Of a stretch of DNA of 64,000 bases, positions 11,983-24,232 are shown piece after piece. The stretch is from assembly GCA_038087875.1 (NCBI GenBank), contig CM075988.1, positions 9,178,001 through 9,242,000 on the forward strand. Reading direction: 5' to 3'. Position numbers and translations under genes: made by a program. The DNA is from Malacoraja senta (lineage: Eukaryota). Numbering within the stretch: the first letter of the stretch is position 1; the number at the start of each line of letters is the position of its first letter. Below the pieces are notes generated by a model. The model did no database searches. It was given only the letters and a program-made list of their open reading frames with translations, and was not told the DNA's origin.

Positions 11983-12562
11983 GGGCCCTGTCCTACGGGC
12001 AGGCGGTTACTGGCGGTGAAGAGCGGCGTCGCCGGAAGCGGGGACCGCGGGGCTACCGCGAGAGCACCGCGCGTATCCCGCGGGAGCGCCGCACGGATGC
12101 CGCGCGGGGGCCGAGTGATCTCCGTACGGCCGATCCCACGAGCTTGCGGTAAGTATAAAAAAATTAAACCTTACCGGAAGCTGTTGCCGTGCGGATGCCG
12201 GGTGATCACCGCACGGCCTGTCCCACGAGCGTGGCGTCGGGTGATGACGACATCGCGCAACGCGCTACGCGATGACGTCAATTCGGCTCGCGACGCTGTG
12301 GCGGTGCTAGTGGTGCTCACGGCGCACTGGTGGCGGCTGTGGCGGTGCTCGTGCCGCACTGTGCGGTAGGACAACATTTTTTAACGTTGTCGACTTTTTG
12401 TGAGCACCGTGCAGTGTTGGGACCAACACCGCACGGTCCCGGCAGTGTGCGTGGGACCGACCCCGCGGGCCATGCGTGGTCTCTGGCGGTCCACGAGCGG
12501 TCCCAACTTCCTGCTTCACCGCCAGTAACCGGCAGTAACCGCATACCCGTGAGACAGGCCTT
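11983..12562. mobile_element. Non-autonomous DNA transposon (MITE), PIF/Harbinger-type
   Basis: Termini GGGCCCTGTCCTACGGG / CCCGTGAGACAGGCCTT, subterminal GGTTACTGGCGGTGAAG mirrored at the right end, TTA duplication (11980-11982, 12563-12565), very CpG-rich. Confidence 0.85.
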
Positions 12563-12604
12563 TTAGCTTCCTTCGAGAGCTTTCTTTCTATACAATGTAT
12601 GAGC

Positions 12605-12962
12605 TGTTGTATTATTGGGTTAGGGAAATGCCTGTTATGTATGGGGTTAATCGATATCTGTAATTGGTTTATTGAGAGACCACCCCCGTGTGGTTCGGCC
12701 CCTTGAGGTCCCGGGACATATAAAAGTCCGCTACCACGAGGCTCAGCGTCGATCTTCTGGGAGAACGCTCGGGACTGCGTGACCTTCTGGAGTTTCTCTG
12801 TCTGAAGAGGGCTTGAACAGGCAGACACGAGGATGGAACCCGCGGTGGGATAGCTACAGTAGTTGAGCTGTAACACGCTTTTGGTAAAATAAGATTTAGT
12901 TGTTTCATGTGCTTGATTTAGTGTTTTAACTGAAACTAGACTTGGGGGGAAGCTTAGAAACA
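12605..12962 (+). mobile_element. Possible solo LTR
   Basis: TGTTGTA...AGAAACA ends, TATAAAA near 12718, AATAAG near 12888, about 360 bp; TSD only partial (GAGC / AGC). Confidence 0.4.
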
Positions 12963-13499
12963 AGCGATTATCAAATTCACTGCTTGTGAAGGGGCTGGAA
13001 CATAATCAATCAATGTTAAGAAAAGGAAATAGATAAGAAAAGGAGAGATAATATTTTGCAGGGTAATAGAGAAAGTGCGGGGGATGGGGAGGGTTGAAAT
13101 GTCTCAATTAGAAGATGCTATAGTCCTGAACTTCTACCTCATGCCCTCTGAAAAATCAATGATTCCATGCAACCTATTGAGATGTTTTGGCCAAAGGTTA
13201 TTCAATATAATTGTAACAAACATGAGGACAGAATCAATAACCAATGAACTTTTTTCTGGAAACAGATGTGTCAACATTTGAATGTGGATAGTCAATTTAC
13301 ATTAAGTTTCCATACGAATTCCATTCAATTCCATTGAATTAGAATTTTGTCTCATGGTGATAAGAGTATTGCATTCTTTGATTTTTATCTAGGTGAGGTT
13401 GGAAAGGTGGATTAAATAACAGTTAATATTTTAGTCTGTGACTTTACAATCCATTATCATGCAGTTAATGAGGTAACAAGCATCATTCCTGTTATAAAC

Positions 13500-13660
13500 A
13501 TTATTCCCTTATCATGTATCTAAACGTTATTCTCTTGTCCGTTATCATGTATCTACACACTGTAAATGTAATCATGTATTGTCTTTCTGCTGACTGGATA
13601 GCACGTAACAAAAGCTTTTCACTGTTCACGTGACAATAAACTGAACTGGACTGAACTAGG
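13500..13660 (+). mobile_element. Rex1/Babar-type LINE 3' UTR fragment
   Basis: AAAAGCTTTTCACTG...TGACAATAAACTGAACT matches the reverse of the 3' end of the LINE at 30043-30748. Confidence 0.6.
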
Positions 13661-13711
13661 CACTGTTAGGTGTTTGCCACACTTGGCCTCATCACCATAG
13701 AGATGCGCTTA

Positions 13712-14163
13712 GAAACAAGGAACTACTGATGCTGATGAAAAAGACTCATAGTGCTGGAGTAACTCAGCAGGTCAAGTAGCATCTCTGGAGAACATGGATA
13801 GGGGACATTTTGGGTCGGGACCCTTCTTCAGTCTTATAATTGTTCGATTGAATATTGTTTCAGACTCAAATCCACTAGAATTCCTTGTCTATCCTCTCAA
13901 AAATCTTCCTTTTCATTTACAACATATAACGATAAACGTCATCTATCCATGTTCTCCAGGGATGCTGCCTGACCTGCTGAGTTACTCCAGCTTTTTGTGT
14001 CGAAACTAAACTGATGTTGTGCTGATGGAAAGTGTCATATTTGGAAACCAACATCTGCAGTTCCTTAGTTAGACACAAAAAGCTGGAGTAACTCAGCAGG
14101 TTAGTCAGCATCTCCGGAGAAGAGGAATAGGTGACGCTTCGGGTCGGAACCCTTCTTCAGACT
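13712..14163. mobile_element. Cluster of PLE termini in alternating orientation
   Basis: Minus copy about 13712-13835, plus copy about 13933-14066, minus copy about 14070-14163; all share GAGATGCTGCC/GAGTTACTCCAGC. Confidence 0.8.
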
Positions 14164-14439
14164 TTTGTACAAAAAAATCCATCAGCAACTATAATGTTTC
14201 ATTGCAGGTAAAAATGTTAATTTATATAATATAATATAACATTTAAAGAAAAGCGAAAACCTTCCGATTTTGTCCCCGATCTAATTGCTCACAGGGATAG
14301 ATTTTGGAAGTGTTCGACCCAATTGCCAAATTAAACTGTTGGCATTGTTACACCCCAAGCAAGGTGATATCTACAGGAGAAGGATGAATAAGATGACAGG
14401 TATCACAAGGCACCTGTGTATCAGGACCTAGGGTTGATA

Positions 14440-14625
14440 TAGACACAAAGTGCTGGAGTAACACAGCGGGTCTGGCAGCATCTCTGGAGAAAAGGAATAC
14501 GTGGTGCTCCAGAAGAGTCTTGACACAAAGCTTCACACAAAGCTTTCTCCAGAGATGCTGCCTGACCCGTTGAGTTACTCAAGCATTTAGTGACTATCTT
14601 CGGAACACATCTGCAGTTCCTTCCC
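14440..14625. mobile_element. Fold-back pair of PLE termini
   Basis: GACACAAAGTGCTGGAGTAAC...GCAGCATCTCTGGAGAAA is mirrored by TTTCTCCAGAGATGCTGCC...GAGTTACTC. Confidence 0.75.
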
Positions 14626-15481
14626 TCCATGGCTGGGTCTTTCAATGAGGGTTGTAGATTCCAGATGTTAGGTTCAAAAATGCAATGAGCCATCATGCCA
14701 CTTGTTCCAGTGACCAAGAGTCATTTTAATTAGATTATATTCAATTAATGAGGCATTTAAGATGTTGACATGTCTTCTATTGATTTTGGTCCTTTCAAAA
14801 TGAGCTGGAGATACCTGTTAGATGCAGTGTTTTTAAATTTATGAATGTGTCAATATAATAAACAATATTAAGATGGACAGCTCGATGCAACGCACTACAA
14901 CTGACTCAGCTAGTTATGTTCAACTTCATTTAAAAAATTAAAATTGGGTCATTTCTCCTCCATCATTCAAGTTCTGAATTTCTAATTTTGAACTTTCCAT
15001 TCCAGATGCATTTTGTTACTGGTTTACAGTTGACTCTTATTGTTATGATCATTTAATCCCAATGCAATATTAAGACCTAAATCAGTAACCATGCCACGAA
15101 GCATAACACTGAACCAGTCAAAGTCAGAGGTCAGTTGCATTGCGCCTTTCTCTGAGAGTCTCATGTCTAAGTTGGCATTGAGTTTTGTTGGGTCATATTA
15201 CTATGATTAATTATACTAACTTAGTTTAAAGATTGACTGAACAAAGTTTAAAAATTAGAGGAAACCGTGGACTTTAAACATCATTGACCAACATAACAAT
15301 TTGGTTTCAGAGAGTCTTTGAGATGGGTGTGTGGACACCAGGATACAATGATAGGCTTCAAGGTCTTAGAGGCTATTCAAAGAACAGCCATGAGGCTAAT
15401 CACCATCTTTGTAGAACTGGATTATGTGGGGAAATTAGTACCTTCAAAAGAGTTGCTGATGATGTTATGCAGGAATATTTT

Positions 15482-15780
15482 GTTTGGTTTAGTTTAGAGA
15501 TACAGCACGGAACCAGGCCTTGCGGCCACTGGGTCTGCGAGGAACAACGATCCCCGCACATTAACACTATCCAACACACACTAGGGACAATTTACAATAA
15601 TACCAAGCTGATTTACCTACAAACCTGTACGTCTTTGGAGTGTGAGAGGAAACCGGAAATCCCGGAGAAAACCCATGCAGGTCACGGGGAGAACGCACAA
15701 ACTCCGCCCAGACAATTGCCCGTAGTCAGGATTGAACCCGGGTCTCTGACGCTGTAAGGCAGCAACTATTCTGCTGTACC
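15482..15780 (-). mobile_element. tRNA-derived SINE
   Basis: Same family structure. Confidence 0.9.
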
Positions 15781-15959
15781 AGTGGTATGGAAAAGGGAGA
15801 ATGGTATGGAATAGAGAAAATTAGAAAACATCTGCAAACTTGTATATGAGAATAGGATTGGGAGGTGCAGATACACATTTGTAAACAAATAGTCAACTTT
15901 AGAGAAGAGTGGTCAGCAACATGAAAGAGACATTCAGGCATGGTAATGGATGTAATTGG

Positions 15960-16255
15960 CGTAATAGTGGCACAGCTGGTGGAGCGGCTGCCTCACAATG
16001 GCAGTGACCCATGGGTGCTTTATGTCTGGAGTTTACACATTCTCTCTGTGACCACGTGGGGTTCCTCTGTGTGCTCTGGTTTCCTCCCACATTTCAAAGA
16101 TGTGGAAATTTGTAGGTCAATTGGCCTCTGTAGATTTGTAAGGAGTGGATGCTAAAGTCAGTTAATATAGAATTAGTGTGAAAGGGTGCTCAATGGCCGA
16201 TGTGGACTTGATGGGCCGAAGGGCCTGTTTCCATGCTGTATCTTTCGATCAATCA
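15960..16255 (+). mobile_element. tRNA-derived SINE, older subfamily with ATAGAATTAGTGTGAA segment and (TCAA)n-like tail
   Basis: Head GTGGCACAGCTGGTGGAGCGGCTGCCTCAC, central domain, GGGCCGAAGGGCCTGTTTCCATGCTGTATC end. Confidence 0.8.
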
Positions 16256-16438
16256 TAAAATCTTTCATCACCTCAAAAAAATTGAACTTCTCATTAGGTA
16301 TATATGGCAAAACAAAGATGGGTTGAATGGTCTCCTCAGTCTTATCTGTTTTTATGACGTATTACTGCTAGTGATTGAGGGAAACACAGCAGACCATAAT
16401 GCACAAAGAGTCATTAGCTGTACATTATCTCTGTGACC

Positions 16439-16745
16439 ATGGTGGCACAGCAGTAGAGTTGCTGCCTTACAGTGCTTGCAGTTCCAGAGACCCGGGTTCG
16501 ATCCCGACTATGGGTGCTGTCTGTATGGAGTTTGTACATTCTCCCCGTGACCGAGTGGGTTTTCTCCGAGATCTTCGGATTCCTCCCACACTCCAAAGAC
16601 GTACAGGTAAGTAGGTTAATTGGCTTGGTGTATGCAAATTGTCCCTAGTGTGTGTAGTATAGTGTGAATGTGCGGGGATCGCTGGTTGGCGCGGATTCGG
16701 TGGGCCGAGGGGCCTGTTTCCTCGCTATATCTCTAAACTAAACAA
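16439..16745 (+). mobile_element. Full-length tRNA-derived SINE
   Basis: A-box-like GGCACAGCAGTAG, B box GGGTTCGATCCC, central domain, tail. Confidence 0.9.
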
Positions 16746-17271
16746 AAAAATTATCACTTCTTTTGTTGACGGTACATACTTCTACAGGATACTGGAAGTG
16801 TAAGATCAAAATGGCACAACTTCCTTCATTGGACAACCAAGAGCCATGAACAAACATGACATCTGAGTGGCATCCGGAATGATTGCAAAATGACCCGTGC
16901 ACAGGATAAAACATTAATTTATGATGGAAGAATGTTACATCTGGAACAGAGGAGGCGATAACCAGAGAGATAGAAAGAAAATTGGATCAATAGAAAAAGG
17001 TCAGAAAGGAAAAGGTTACAAATGTGGGAAATAAATCTCCAACAACAATTAAAAGTTCATGGAATAAAGCACTGTGTATTATAATTATTATTCAGTGCTA
17101 GAACGATCTATTGATTGTATTTGATACTTACCACGTTGTGAAAAAAGCTATTGAGATGTTAAATGAGTTTGCTTTCTCCAGCAAGTATGAAAACGTCTGC
17201 AGTTCCTTGTTCCTAAGTTAAATTGCTGTATACTCTGAGAGTTTCAGAACATCATATTTAAATAATGATGT

Positions 17272-17590
17272 AGTGAGAACCAGAGGAGAGAGGTTTAAGG
17301 TGAGGGTGGAAAGAGTTAAAAGATTTAACGGGGTTTTAACGAGGGGTAGCATTTTTACACAAAGGGTGGTGGGTGTATGGAACGAGCTGCCGGAGGAGGT
17401 AGTTGAGGCAGGGACTATCGCAACCCTTAAGAAACATTTAGACAGGTACATGGATAGGACAGGTTTAGAGGGATATGGGGCAAATGCAGGCAGGTGGGGA
17501 TAATGTAGATGGGACATGTTAGCTGATGTGGGCAAGTTGGCTGAAGGGCCTGTTTCCACATGTTAACATTCTATGACTATGACTCTATAT
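17272..17590 (+). mobile_element. CR1 LINE 3' end (RT C-terminus and 3' UTR)
   Basis: Translation RTRG...FTQRVVGVWNELPEEVVEAGTIATLKKHLDRYM is typical of a CR1 ORF2 end; (CTATGA)n tail. Confidence 0.85.
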
Positions 17591-18215
17591 CAATGTGATG
17601 CTTTAGTGCAGCTATTCATTCAATATACATCAGTACCAACAACTTAATTTTGCCTCCAGCTATATATCTGCCCTTGCTTTTAGTTATTGTGGCATTTGTG
17701 CACAATTAATGACGTCCTCCCAGGCTCACTGTTCATTTAGCTGTAATTTCTGAGCCAATTATATCAATAAAACACTGCTTTAAATGTGTATTGGATTTCT
17801 TGTTTATATTTTACTTTTTTTTGCGCAGCTCATGTGAAAAAAAAAAGACTCTACAGTTTGCAATATCACATCTGCTGTCAGCCACTTGCGCAGTCACGGA
17901 TCTCCACTGAGGTACTGGGAGAGCAGAGTGTGTGGCGGCTACGGTATGGAGGGAGGAGTGAAGGCAATTAACCTCCTAACATCAGGGAGCAACAGGACCT
18001 GGGGCTGGAATATTCACCCTTACTTTCTGACTAATGAGTTACCAAAGGTCTAAAACAAGACAGCGTGCAAGGCATATTAACCGACAGAAGCAATCTCAGT
18101 GAAACAAGCCTATGCCATTTCCCCAACACTTTCCTCAGTCTTTCTCACTGCAATGTTGCACCTCACTTCCAACAGATTTCCCATAAGGGATGGAGCTAAC
18201 CTTCAGAACTAATTT

Positions 18216-18626
18216 GGGTGGCACAAGTGACGCAGCTGCTGCCTCACAATGCCAGAGTCAGAAATAGGTTTGATCCTGACCTCGGGTGGATCTGTGTGGA
18301 GTTTGCACGTTCTCCCTGTGACCGCACGGGTTTCCTCCAGGTGCTCCGATTTCCTCCCATATCCCAAAAGTGTGCAGGATTGAACATTAATTGGCCTCTG
18401 CAAAATTATCCTCAGTGTGTAGGGAGTGGAAGAGAAAGTGGGATAACATAGAACTAGTGTGAATGGGTGATCAATGCTTGGTGTGGACTCAGTAGGTTGA
18501 AGGGCCTGTTTCCACACTGTATCTATAAACTAAACCAAACTAAACTAAACTAAACCAAACTAAATTAAACTAAACCAAACTAAACTAAACTAAGCTAAGC
18601 TAAGCTAAAATAAAATAAAATAAACT
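18216..18626 (+). mobile_element. tRNA-derived SINE with expanded pentamer tail
   Basis: Family structure; about 95 bp of (CTAAA/CCAAA/CTAAG/ATAAA)n at 18527-18626. Confidence 0.85.
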
Positions 18627-18964
18627 GAAACTATTCAACCTGTGATTACTGTACTCCATAGCACATAGGTTACCTGGACTCAGTAGTTGAGTTTAGAGAT
18701 ACAGCATGGAGACAGGCCTGTGGAATGTTTGTCTTTGTACATGGTCAGATTCTGAGCTCCATCAGTCATTTGTTCACAAACACAATTTGGAGAATGAGTC
18801 TTGCACTCAACCTTCGCAATAAATCTGCCCCCCCAGCATCTAAGTGACTGCTGAGAAATGTTTCTTCGGCTGAAAAAATTCAGTATCAGTGTCCGTCTCA
18901 GGATAAGGAGTCATTTCTTTTGGCACAGTAGAAATTAGAATGAAGACTGCCTTTTTTTTTTACT

Positions 18965-19720
18965 GCAGGGCTGTTGATATTCAAATATTTATCCATCTTT
19001 TTCTTAAACATGTTTATTGATCTGGCCTCTATCACTCTCTGGGGCAAAAATTCCTCAGATTCATTACTCTTTGAATTCACTCTGCATCTCTGTTTAAATA
19101 ACAAGCCCCTTATTTTGTAACAGCGTATTCTTGTTCTTTACTTAAGGGCCTGTCGAATTGCCGGCACCCGTCATAGTTGCAGCAGGTCGCCGAAAATGTT
19201 CAAAATGTTGAAAATCCAGCGGCGACCAGAAAAAGGTACGACTCTTTGGACGACTACTCATGACCACACAGACGACACATAACGGGGTGACGCCTGTTTG
19301 ATCGTGAGTAGTCGCCCAAAGAGTCGTACCTTTTTCTGGTCGTCGCTGGATTTTCAACATTTAAAACATTTTTGGCGACCCGCTGCGACTATGACAAGTG
19401 CCGGCAAGTCGGCGAAAAAATCGCGTAAGTGGGCCAGGCCCTTTATTCTTGTAAAAATATCACATTTCTGTCCATCCCTGTTAAGATCTTCCCTCATTCT
19501 TAACTCCAAAGATTGCAGACTCAAACTGTATTGTTTATCTTGATAACATAATAACCCTCTCATCACAGGAGTTATCCTTTGAATCACTGTCAGTGCTACT
19601 ATGTCCATTATTAGATGAGGGGACCAAAACTGTGCAAGTATTGTATAGTAGATGTGGCCTCACCAACAACCTATACAACTGTAATAAAACCTCCCCATTC
19701 CTAAACCTTAACACCATTTG
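18965..19720 (-). mobile_element. Degenerate CR1 LINE fragment, interrupted by the MITE at 19145-19442
   Basis: Minus translations EVLLQLYRLLVRPHL and LPQRVIEARSINMFKKKMDKYL. Confidence 0.75.
19145..19442. mobile_element. Fold-back MITE, PIF/Harbinger-type
   Basis: AGGGCCTGTC.../...GTGGGCCAGGCCCT termini, TTA duplication (19142-19144, 19443-19445), about 115-bp near-perfect inverted arms. Confidence 0.85.
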
Positions 19721-19774
19721 TAAGGAAGGACAAAAGAGCCTCCTAACTACTTATTGACTTACCTTTGTTTTTTT

Positions 19775-19928
19775 AGTTAAAGGATACAGCCCTTTGGGCC
19801 ACTGAGTCCGCGCCGACCAGCAATCCCCATCCACTGGCACTATCCTACACACTAGGATCACAGGGGAAATGTACAAACTGCGTACAGACAGCACCCGTGG
19901 TCAGGATTGAACCCGGGTTTCTGACACT
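19775..19928 (-). mobile_element. Internally deleted SINE
   Basis: 3' end and B-box region of the SINE family. Confidence 0.75.
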
Positions 19929-19929
19929 A

Positions 19930-20861
19930 TCATGGTTGGTTTGGAATAAAGCACAGCAAACGGTTGGGAGAGATCTTGACTGTCTGAGCTGCAAATCAAC
20001 TGAACACACTGAATGTCTACTGAACTGTGAGTGTGGTGTTTATGTGGTATTTTGTGTGGTTTTATGGTGGTTTCACCCTGCTTGAAATGGTATGAAACTG
20101 CACTTGAATTTGGTGGCCTTGCGCCCTGCTTGAAATGGTATGAAACTACATTTGAATTTGGTGGCTTAGCACCCTGCTTGAAGTGGTATGAAACTGCACT
20201 TGAATTTGGTGGCCTTGCACCCTGCTTGAAATAGCATGAAATGGCACTTGAATTTGGTGGCCTTGCAACCTGCTTGAAGTGGTAGGAAACTGCACTTGAG
20301 TTTGGTGGCCTTGCACCCTGCTTGAAGTGGTATGAAACTGCACTTGAATTTGGTGGCCTTGCACCCTGCTTGAAGTGGCATGAAACTGCACTTGAATTTG
20401 GTGGCCTTGCACCCTGCTTGAAGTGGTAGGAAACTGCACTTGAATTTGGTGGCCTTGCGCCCTGCTTGAAATGGTATGAAACTGCACTTCAGTTTGGTGG
20501 CTTTGCACCCTGCTTGAAGTGGTATGAAACTGCACTTGAATTTGGTGGACCTGCACCCTGCATGAAGTGGAATTTCAAGGAATAGCCGTGAGTCAACTGC
20601 CAGCCCACCAGCCGTGAGTGAGCTGCCAGCACATCAGGCTTGAGTTGCCACCCCAAGAATCCATTTGGCCCACAATGTCCATACTAGCCCTCTGGAAACC
20701 AGTCCCTTCAGCCCACAACACCCATACTAGCACTCCAGACTCCCCCCCCCCACCCCCCACACTGGCCACCAATATTAGAATTGGTTGAGAGGTGGAATAT
20801 TGCGTTGGGGGACCAGCCCCCCCATGTGAACAAGGGACCCAACGGTTCCCACTTAGTCTAG
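19930..20861 (+). mobile_element. Non-autonomous Helitron (3' end clear, 5' end uncertain) carrying a 48-bp minisatellite
   Basis: Hairpin GGGACCC-AAC-GGTTCCC (20834-20850), then CTAG (20858-20861) followed by T; subterminal GGTGGAATATTGCGTTGGGGGA shared with the Helitron at 53365-53516. Confidence 0.75.
20074..20570. repeat. 48-bp tandem repeat, about 10 copies (CACCCTGCTTGAAGTGGTATGAAACTGCACTTGAATTTGGTGGCCTTG)
   Basis: Directly visible head-to-tail units without spacers. Confidence 0.95.
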
Positions 20862-21205
20862 TGATAAACTAAATGTGGAGAGGATATTGCCGCTGGTGGG
20901 AAAGTCTAAGACCAAAGGCCACAGCCTCAGAATAAAAGGTCGTACCTTGAGGAGACATTTCTTTAGTCAGGGGGTGGTGAATCTGTGGAATTAATTGCCA
21001 CAAAACGTTGTAGAGGCCACGTCAATGGATATTTTTAAGGCGGAGGTTGACAGATTTTTGATTAGTACGGGCATCAGGGGTTATGAGGAGAAAGTAGAAG
21101 AATGGTGTTCAGGGGGAAAGATAGATCAGCCATGATTGAATGGCGGAGTAGACTAGATGGACCGAATGGCCTAATTCTGCTCGTATAGCTAATGAACATG
21201 AATAA
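20862..21205 (+). mobile_element. CR1 LINE 3' end
   Basis: GGCCACAGCCTCAGAATAAAAGG...GTGAATCTGTGGAAT...GAATGGCCTAATTCTGCTC. Confidence 0.85.
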
Positions 21206-21539
21206 ATTGAAGATCAGTCCCCAATCAAAAGGGGTAAAGGATTACTGATACAATATTAATTGATAAGCCACAGATTGGAGTTACCGCCGTGGGCTGGTGA
21301 GATTCTGCACTTACTGCAGCTGAGCTTCCCAGGATGTTTATTGTATTTTCATCAGAAGGCAGAAAGCACTGCATCAGAATTCAGCTCCAGGCTCATCCCT
21401 AATGTGCCTGATGCTTGGTCGTGTAGAAACAAAATCCAGCAATCTGTGGCCACAAGCTTGCCGAAGATGATTGATGCTCTGTGCTCTGGGTTACGGGACT
21501 TGTGCAGTTCTCTGTAGTAAAAGTTTTAAAAGAAATGTG

Positions 21540-21755
21540 AGTTTAGTTTGAGTTTAGTTTATTGTCACGTGTACCTTTGTTGCATTCTAACCAGTCAGCA
21601 GAAAGATAATACAATCTGTGATTACAATCGAGCCATTGACAGCGTACAGTTACATGATAAAGGGAATAATATGAATAACGTTTAGTGCAAGATAAAGCCA
21701 GTAAAGTCTGATCAAAGATAGTCCGAGGGTCTCCAAAGAGGTAGATGGTAGTTCA
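21540..21755 (-). mobile_element. Rex1/Babar-type LINE 3' UTR fragment
   Basis: Similar to 30043-30260. Confidence 0.65.
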
Positions 21756-21889
21756 AATGTAGAAGGAAAGAAGAACATTCCATCATTGTGACCTGGGTGC
21801 TGAGCAAGTTAGACATCACCATTGAAATCAACAGTAAAATATGATGAAAAACACTTTATCCATTGGGGAATAGATAAAAGGTTAGCCAC

Positions 21890-22275
21890 AGACAAAAGAT
21901 GCTGCAGGTGTCACAATCCTGAGCTGAAGAAGGATCCTGACCAGAAGCATCATCTATGGAGGGGAATGGGCAGGCGATGTTTCAGGTTGGGACCCCTCTT
22001 CAGACATTGCAGTAGGGGGATGAGAGCTGGAAATGGGAGGTTGGGTTGGAACAAAGCCTGGCAAGTGAGAGATGGATGGTAAGGGGGATTTGGTTAGCCG
22101 ATGGGTGGAGTAAGAGACAAAGGCTAGATGTGCAAAGGAGACAAATAGATGTCAGGTAAGAAGGGGTGGAGTGAAGTATAAAGTGAGAGGGAAAGATATA
22201 GGTGGAAGGTGACCATGGAGGAGGGGAGTCCGGCTGAGGCCCTCCAACACTTTGTGTTTTGCACAAGACTCCAGC
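21890..22275 (-). mobile_element. Degenerate PLE 3' region
   Basis: GCAGCATC...GATGTTTCAGGTTGGGACCCCTCTTCAGAC pLTR motif followed by purine-rich 3' UTR-like sequence. Confidence 0.6.
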
Positions 22276-22279
22276 ATAG

Positions 22280-22786
22280 AACAGAGATCATTGCATTACA
22301 GGACTGACCCTTCTGGCCCACAATGTCTGTGCCGAACATGGAGCCAGGACCTGCCTGTGCATAATCCATGTCCCTCCATTCCCTGCATATCCACGTGCCT
22401 ATCCAAAAGTCTCTTAAATGCCACTGTCGTGCCTACCTTCACCATGTTTGTTCCAGGCACTCACCACCCTCTGTGTAAAAAACGTGCCCCACACATCTCC
22501 TTTAAACTTTACCCCTCTCTCCTTAAAGCTGTGCCCTCTCGTATTTGATATTTCCATCCTGGGACAAAGGTTCTGACTGTCTACCCTATCTATGCCTCTC
22601 GTAATATTAGATACTTCTATCAGGTTTCCCCTCAAACGTCGGTGTTCCAGTGAAAACAATCCAAGTCTTCTTGTAGCTAAACTCTACTAATTCAGGCACT
22701 GTTCTGGTAAACCACCTCTGCACCATTTCCAAAGCCTCCACATCCTTCCTGTATTTGGGGCGACCAGAACTGGACACAATATTCCA
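22280..22786 (-). mobile_element. CR1 LINE 3' fragment
   Basis: Minus ORF FSLEHRRLRGNLIEV...TRGHSFK...FFTQRVVSAWN. Confidence 0.85.
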
Positions 22787-23399
22787 TCTGCAGTTCCTTG
22801 TATCTCCAGAAGCATTGCTTGCCCATTTCCCTCCACGGATACTGCCTGACCTGCTGAGTTACACCGGCACTTTATTTTTTGTCGAAAGTTAGCCCAGTAA
22901 AGTTAAGACAAATGTACCCAAGGGCGCACTGAAAATTATACAAGAGAGGGAATAGAGTATTTGTGGAATCTGTGTGAAAAACAGCATCATTAAGTAATAT
23001 CAGCTCACTAATAAATAATTAATTCTCCCTCATGGTTGCTTATTCTTCCTGTAACAGGCCCTCTTCAAAATACTGCTCAATTCACAGGCTGTTCAATTTT
23101 ATGCAAGGGGAAAAAGAATAGCTTTCTTGAAAAATGCTCAAATAAATAAATTAAAAGATTGAACTAAAAAGCAGGAATCAATTTTTAAAGAAGTCTTTTG
23201 AGAAATGCAAAACTTAAAAACTGAACCTAACATCAGTAATCTATATTTGATGGCTTGTTTTGGGATAGTTTGGGGAACTGCGGTTGTACAAGTGTGGACT
23301 GAATGCAAAACAGGATTGAGAATTGCAAATCAAAATAAATTTCCATCTTGACACACCACAAAATGTGAATCACCTGCAAGCAGGAATAATCTTAGTCGC

Positions 23400-23413
23400 C
23401 CACAAGATGGCGC
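23400..23413 (+). promoter_or_regulatory. Candidate CTCF (overlapping YY1-like) site
   Basis: CCACAAGATGGCGC resembles the CTCF core CCASYAGRKGGCRS and contains the YY1 core AAGATGGC; lies in repeat-free sequence. Confidence 0.4.
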
Positions 23414-23939
23414 TGGCAAACTGTTGAATAGTCATTGTGGTTTAACAGTGTAATCCCAAAGCTCGCCCCACCATTACATATATGTGTGGCCTTATTGAAA
23501 ACCCAGCTCAGTAGCTGAGACAGAGAGCCGTACCTCAATGGAAAGCAGCACCTACTGTGCTGTCTCTACATGAGGAACATGTTGAAAGATATTGAAGGGA
23601 ATAACAGAAGGTGTTTGGGGAAGATAGAAAGAGTGGACACCCAAAACAGTTCTGAACAGTAATTAACTCAGGCATGAAGCTTATTGATCTCATAAGATTT
23701 TATTAGCATTTTAAATTGGCTTTGCTCGATTTGCCAACATTTCAAGTGGAAATGAAAGGTCACACGGCACTGCTTCAAAGTTCCCTTGGGTGAATTGGTC
23801 AATATCTGTCCTTGCAAATGTGATGATCACAATTATAAATCAGCTTTAAAATCAGCTTGCACCTTTCCCTTTCCAAGCGTTCTACTCTTCAAAACCACTT
23901 CAGCAATTTGTAAGGAGCTTTAAGTCATGGAGTAGTGAG

Positions 23940-24232
23940 ATTCGGAAGAAGGATCCCGATCCAAAACGTCACCTATCCATGTGCTCCAGAGATGCTGCCT
24001 GACCCGCTGAGACACTCCAACATTTTGTGTCCTTTTTTCCCCCTAACGTCATACCTGGTGGAATAGAAATGCCATCGTGCAGTGTTCAGGGACATCAGAA
24101 CTAGTCTGAAGAAGGGTCTCGACACAAAATGTCACCTTTTCCTTTTCTCCAGAGATGCTGCCTAACCCGTTGAGTTACTCCAGCATTTTGTGCCTATCTT
24201 CAGTTTAAACCAGGATTTGCAGAACCTTTCCT
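23940..24232 (+). mobile_element. Two tandem PLE termini
   Basis: GAAGAAGGATCCCGATCCAAAACGTCACC... (about 23945-24035) and GTCTGAAGAAGGGTCTCGACAC... (about 24104-24232). Confidence 0.8.

Noticed and set aside
16439..16515. tRNA gene
   Set aside because: A/B-box region is the head of a SINE, continues into the SINE body and lacks a full cloverleaf; true of all copies
20074..20570. CRISPR-like array or repeat protein gene
   Set aside because: Units are contiguous 48-mers with no unique spacers, in eukaryotic DNA with no cas genes; the ORFs follow from the unit length being a multiple of three
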